NCBI GenBank assembly: GCA_002843035.1
Contig: PHEV01000003.1
Span: 7,890 to 71,889 of the forward strand
Direction: 5' to 3'
DNA from: Actinobacteria bacterium HGW-Actinobacteria-5
Lineage (GTDB): Bacteria; Actinomycetota; Actinomycetes; Propionibacteriales; Propionibacteriaceae
Length of the DNA: 64,000 bases
Position numbers and translations under genes: made by a program. Under the pieces are notes generated by a model that was not told the origin of the DNA, ran no database searches, and worked only from the letters and a program-made list of their open reading frames with translations. Positions 62,198 through 64,000 of this stretch are shown in pieces (the first letter of the stretch is position 1; each line of letters starts with the position of its first letter).

Positions 62198-63772
62198 GTG
62201 GAGGGGGCACTGCTGCGGGCATGGCGCGTCTGCTTGGACCCGAACGGGTCGCAGCGCGTCATGCTCGCTCAGCACGCTGGAGCGGCCCGGTGGTCCTACA
62301 ACTACGCGCTGGGCCGCAAAGTGGCCGCGCACGAGGCGTTCACCACGGCGCGCGACGCACTACTCGACGGCATCCCTGAGCCGACCCCGGAGCAAGTGGC
62401 GGCGGCCGCAGCCGCTGCCCGCGGCCAGGTGGGGCGCATGCCCAGCTCGATCGACAACCTCAAGGCGTGGCGGGCTGAGCGTGGCGATGACAGGGCCGCC
62501 GTGGAGGGCGTGTCGCCGTGGTGGCACACGGTGTCGTCGTACGCGATCTCCTCGGGCATGCGGGACGCCGACGCCGCCTTCCATGCCTGGTTCGACTTCA
62601 GGGCCGGGCGGCGTGCTGGCAGGGCCGTCGGCTATCCGCGGTTCAAGCGGAAGGGCCGCAGCCGGGACAGCTTCACCCTGTACCACGACGTGAAGCGGCC
62701 GACGATCCGGGTGGTCGACGCCCGCCATGTGCTGCTGCCCCGGATCGGGACCGTGCGTCTGCACTCCAACCTGCGCCGCCTGATCCGGCTCCAGGGCCGC
62801 GACGAGCTGCAGGTCCGATCGGTCACCGTGTCCCGCCAGGGCGGGCGCTGGTACGCCTCGATCCTGATCGCCCACCCCGCCCCGGCCGTGAAGCCCACCC
62901 GCCGCCAGACGGCCGCCGGCACCATCGGCGTCGACCTCGGCGTCAAGACCGCCGCCACCCTCTCCGACGGCACCGTGGTCCCGAACCCACGCTGGGGGAG
63001 CGCAGCCCACGAGAGGCTGACCAAGGCCCAGCGGGCGTACGCCCGAACCCGGCGTGGGTCGGCGAACCGGGTCAGGGCCGCGCGGCGGGTCGCGAAGGTC
63101 CAGGCGCAGATGGCCGAGCAGCGCACCAGCTGGATCCACCAGGTCACCACACGGCTCGCGACCGGCTGGGCAACGATCGCGATCGAGGACCTCAACGTCG
63201 CCGGCATGACCCGCACCGCCCGCGGCACCCTCGAGCAGCCGGGCCGCCGCGTCCGGCAGAAGGCCGGCCTCAACCGGGCCATCCTCGATGTCGGCTTCGG
63301 CGAGTTCCGCCGCCAGCTCACCTACAAGTCCAGCTGGTACGGCGCGGAGCTGGTCGTCGTCGACCGGTGGCTACCCAGCTCCAGAACCTGCTCGGCGTGC
63401 GGGTGGCACAACCCCGACCTGACCCTCGCCGACCGCACCTACCGGTGCGGCCAGTGCGGCCTGGCCATCGACCGCGACCTCAACGCCGCGATCAACATCG
63501 CCGCAGCAGCGGCCCAGACCACCGACCCATCCCGAGAAGGGCGTCCGACGCTGGCGAGAACCAAGCCGGCCCGGACGCCCAGGGACGGGTCAGAGCCCGA
63601 CACCCGCGACGAGCGGGACCCCGAGGCGTCATATCGGGTGCCTGACGAGCCAGGCCCGGCCACGGCCGGACCCGGCGAGGACGCAGGAAGACCACCACCC
63701 AACCGGTGGCGGCCACCCCAGCCGAGTGATCGGCTGGCGTCCCACACGCCGGAGCCTGCGCTAGCCAGCTAG
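62198..63772 (+). CDS. tnpB: TnpB (IS200/IS605-IS607 accessory RNA-guided nuclease), no tnpA seen
   Basis: RuvC residues lie in IGVDLGVKT, IAIEDLNVAGM and DRDLNAAINI. The zinc ribbon is CSACGWHN...YRCGQCG. The Pro-rich ~90-aa tail is probably a read-through of the guide-RNA scaffold region. Confidence 0.85.
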   Translation: MEGALLRAWRVCLDPNGSQRVMLAQHAGAARWSYNYALGRKVAAHEAFTTARDALLDGIPEPTPEQVAAAAAAARGQVGRMPSSIDNLKAWRAERGDDRAAVEGVSPWWHTVSSYAISSGMRDADAAFHAWFDFRAGRRAGRAVGYPRFKRKGRSRDSFTLYHDVKRPTIRVVDARHVLLPRIGTVRLHSNLRRLIRLQGRDELQVRSVTVSRQGGRWYASILIAHPAPAVKPTRRQTAAGTIGVDLGVKTAATLSDGTVVPNPRWGSAAHERLTKAQRAYARTRRGSANRVRAARRVAKVQAQMAEQRTSWIHQVTTRLATGWATIAIEDLNVAGMTRTARGTLEQPGRRVRQKAGLNRAILDVGFGEFRRQLTYKSSWYGAELVVVDRWLPSSRTCSACGWHNPDLTLADRTYRCGQCGLAIDRDLNAAINIAAAAAQTTDPSREGRPTLARTKPARTPRDGSEPDTRDERDPEASYRVPDEPGPATAGPGEDAGRPPPNRWRPPQPSDRLASHTPEPALAS

Positions 63773-63773
63773 C

Positions 63774-63926
63774 CCAGACCCCACGAGCGCACGGGACGGT
63801 CCCTCCCTAGCACCACCCCCAGGGCCTTCCAAGGCCAGACCCCACGAGCGCACGGGACGGTCCGCCGGGCCGACACCGATCCGGGCAGTTGCCAAGCCAG
63901 ACACCCACGAGCGCGCCGGACGGTCC
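63774..63926. repeat. three tandem units of about 61 bp with a 29-30-bp conserved core CCAGACCCCACGAGCGCACGGGACGGTCC
   Basis: The cores at 63774-63802 and 63835-63863 are identical. The core at 63897-63926 is diverged (CCAGACACCCACGAGCGCGCCGGACGGTCC). The array may continue beyond the window. Confidence 0.85.
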
Positions 63927-64000
63927 GTTCCCGGCAGCCAAGAGGCCTCCGCGCAGGGGGTGAGGCCCTGTAACCTCCCTCCCATCACCCCCAAGGGGCT

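Larger units (their letters stand above)
1..64000. mobile_element. segment of a conjugative element (plasmid or ICE) of actinomycete type
   Basis: Co-occurrence of VirB4-like and VirD4-like ATPases, a VirB6-like membrane protein, a cell-wall hydrolase, a MOBF relaxase, ParA/ParB, anti-restriction-type methyltransferases, TA and IS genes. No integrase/tRNA junction for the whole element is visible in the window. Confidence 0.8.

Noticed and set aside
63774-63926. Possible CRISPR array (29-bp repeats with ~32-bp spacers)
   Set aside because: Only three units are present and the third repeat is diverged. The spacers share sequence with one another (CCAAG ends, CCGGGCAG), so the whole 61-bp unit is a tandem repeat. 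No cas genes are present. It abuts tnpB and is more likely a right-end or host repeat.
1-64000. tRNA gene or attL/attR junction marking chromosomal integration of the whole element
   Set aside because: No tRNA-like cloverleaf and no element-scale integrase gene was seen. The only recombinases are the nested pair at 22.7-25.7 kb and a small resolvase. ICE versus plasmid therefore cannot be decided from this window.

Overview
High-GC (about 70% by eye) actinomycete-type DNA. The whole window reads as part of a large conjugative element, either a plasmid or an ICE; the ParA/ParB pair and a possible Rep-like gene favour a plasmid. All function calls come from motifs read directly in the translated ORFs. 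No homology search was run.

Layout:
- 1-15.4 kb: a plus-strand type IV secretion/conjugation operon. It holds a VirB6-like polytopic membrane protein, an SCO6880-like membrane protein, a VirB4-like ATPase, a lytic transglycosylase/peptidase, and a coupling protein that appears split in two.
- 15.4-16.1 kb: a prepilin-peptidase-like gene on the minus strand.
- 16.1-21.6 kb: one 1838-aa MOBF relaxase / RecD-like helicase / Toprim primase fusion.
- 21.76-25.89 kb: a nested element of about 4.1 kb. It has two tyrosine-recombinase-like genes, an XRE-type HTH gene and a lipoprotein pseudogene, and is bracketed by 22-bp direct repeats.
- 26-37 kb: a relaxase-proximal block of small unknown genes. 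It also includes an orphan beta-class DNA methyltransferase, a small serine recombinase, an HKD(PLD)-nuclease/PUA-like fusion, an XRE-like gene and a sigma-70 gene.
- 37.5-42.8 kb: a giant N6-methyltransferase/SNF2-helicase fusion.
- 43.3-48.1 kb: lower-GC cargo, namely an HNH nuclease, an ISL3 transposase, a paired SMR efflux system and a TetR regulator.
- 48.3-50.8 kb: parA and parB.
- 55.2-61 kb: a Type IIG-like nuclease-methyltransferase with a divergent AAA+ ATPase.
- 61.1-62.1 kb: an Xre/RES toxin-antitoxin pair.
- 62.2-63.8 kb: a solo TnpB followed by tandem repeats.

The most striking signal not explained by genes is a perfect 14-bp palindrome, TATTCCGCGGAATA, present seven times. Every copy lies between genes or at a gene terminus, and the copies tend to delimit cargo modules.
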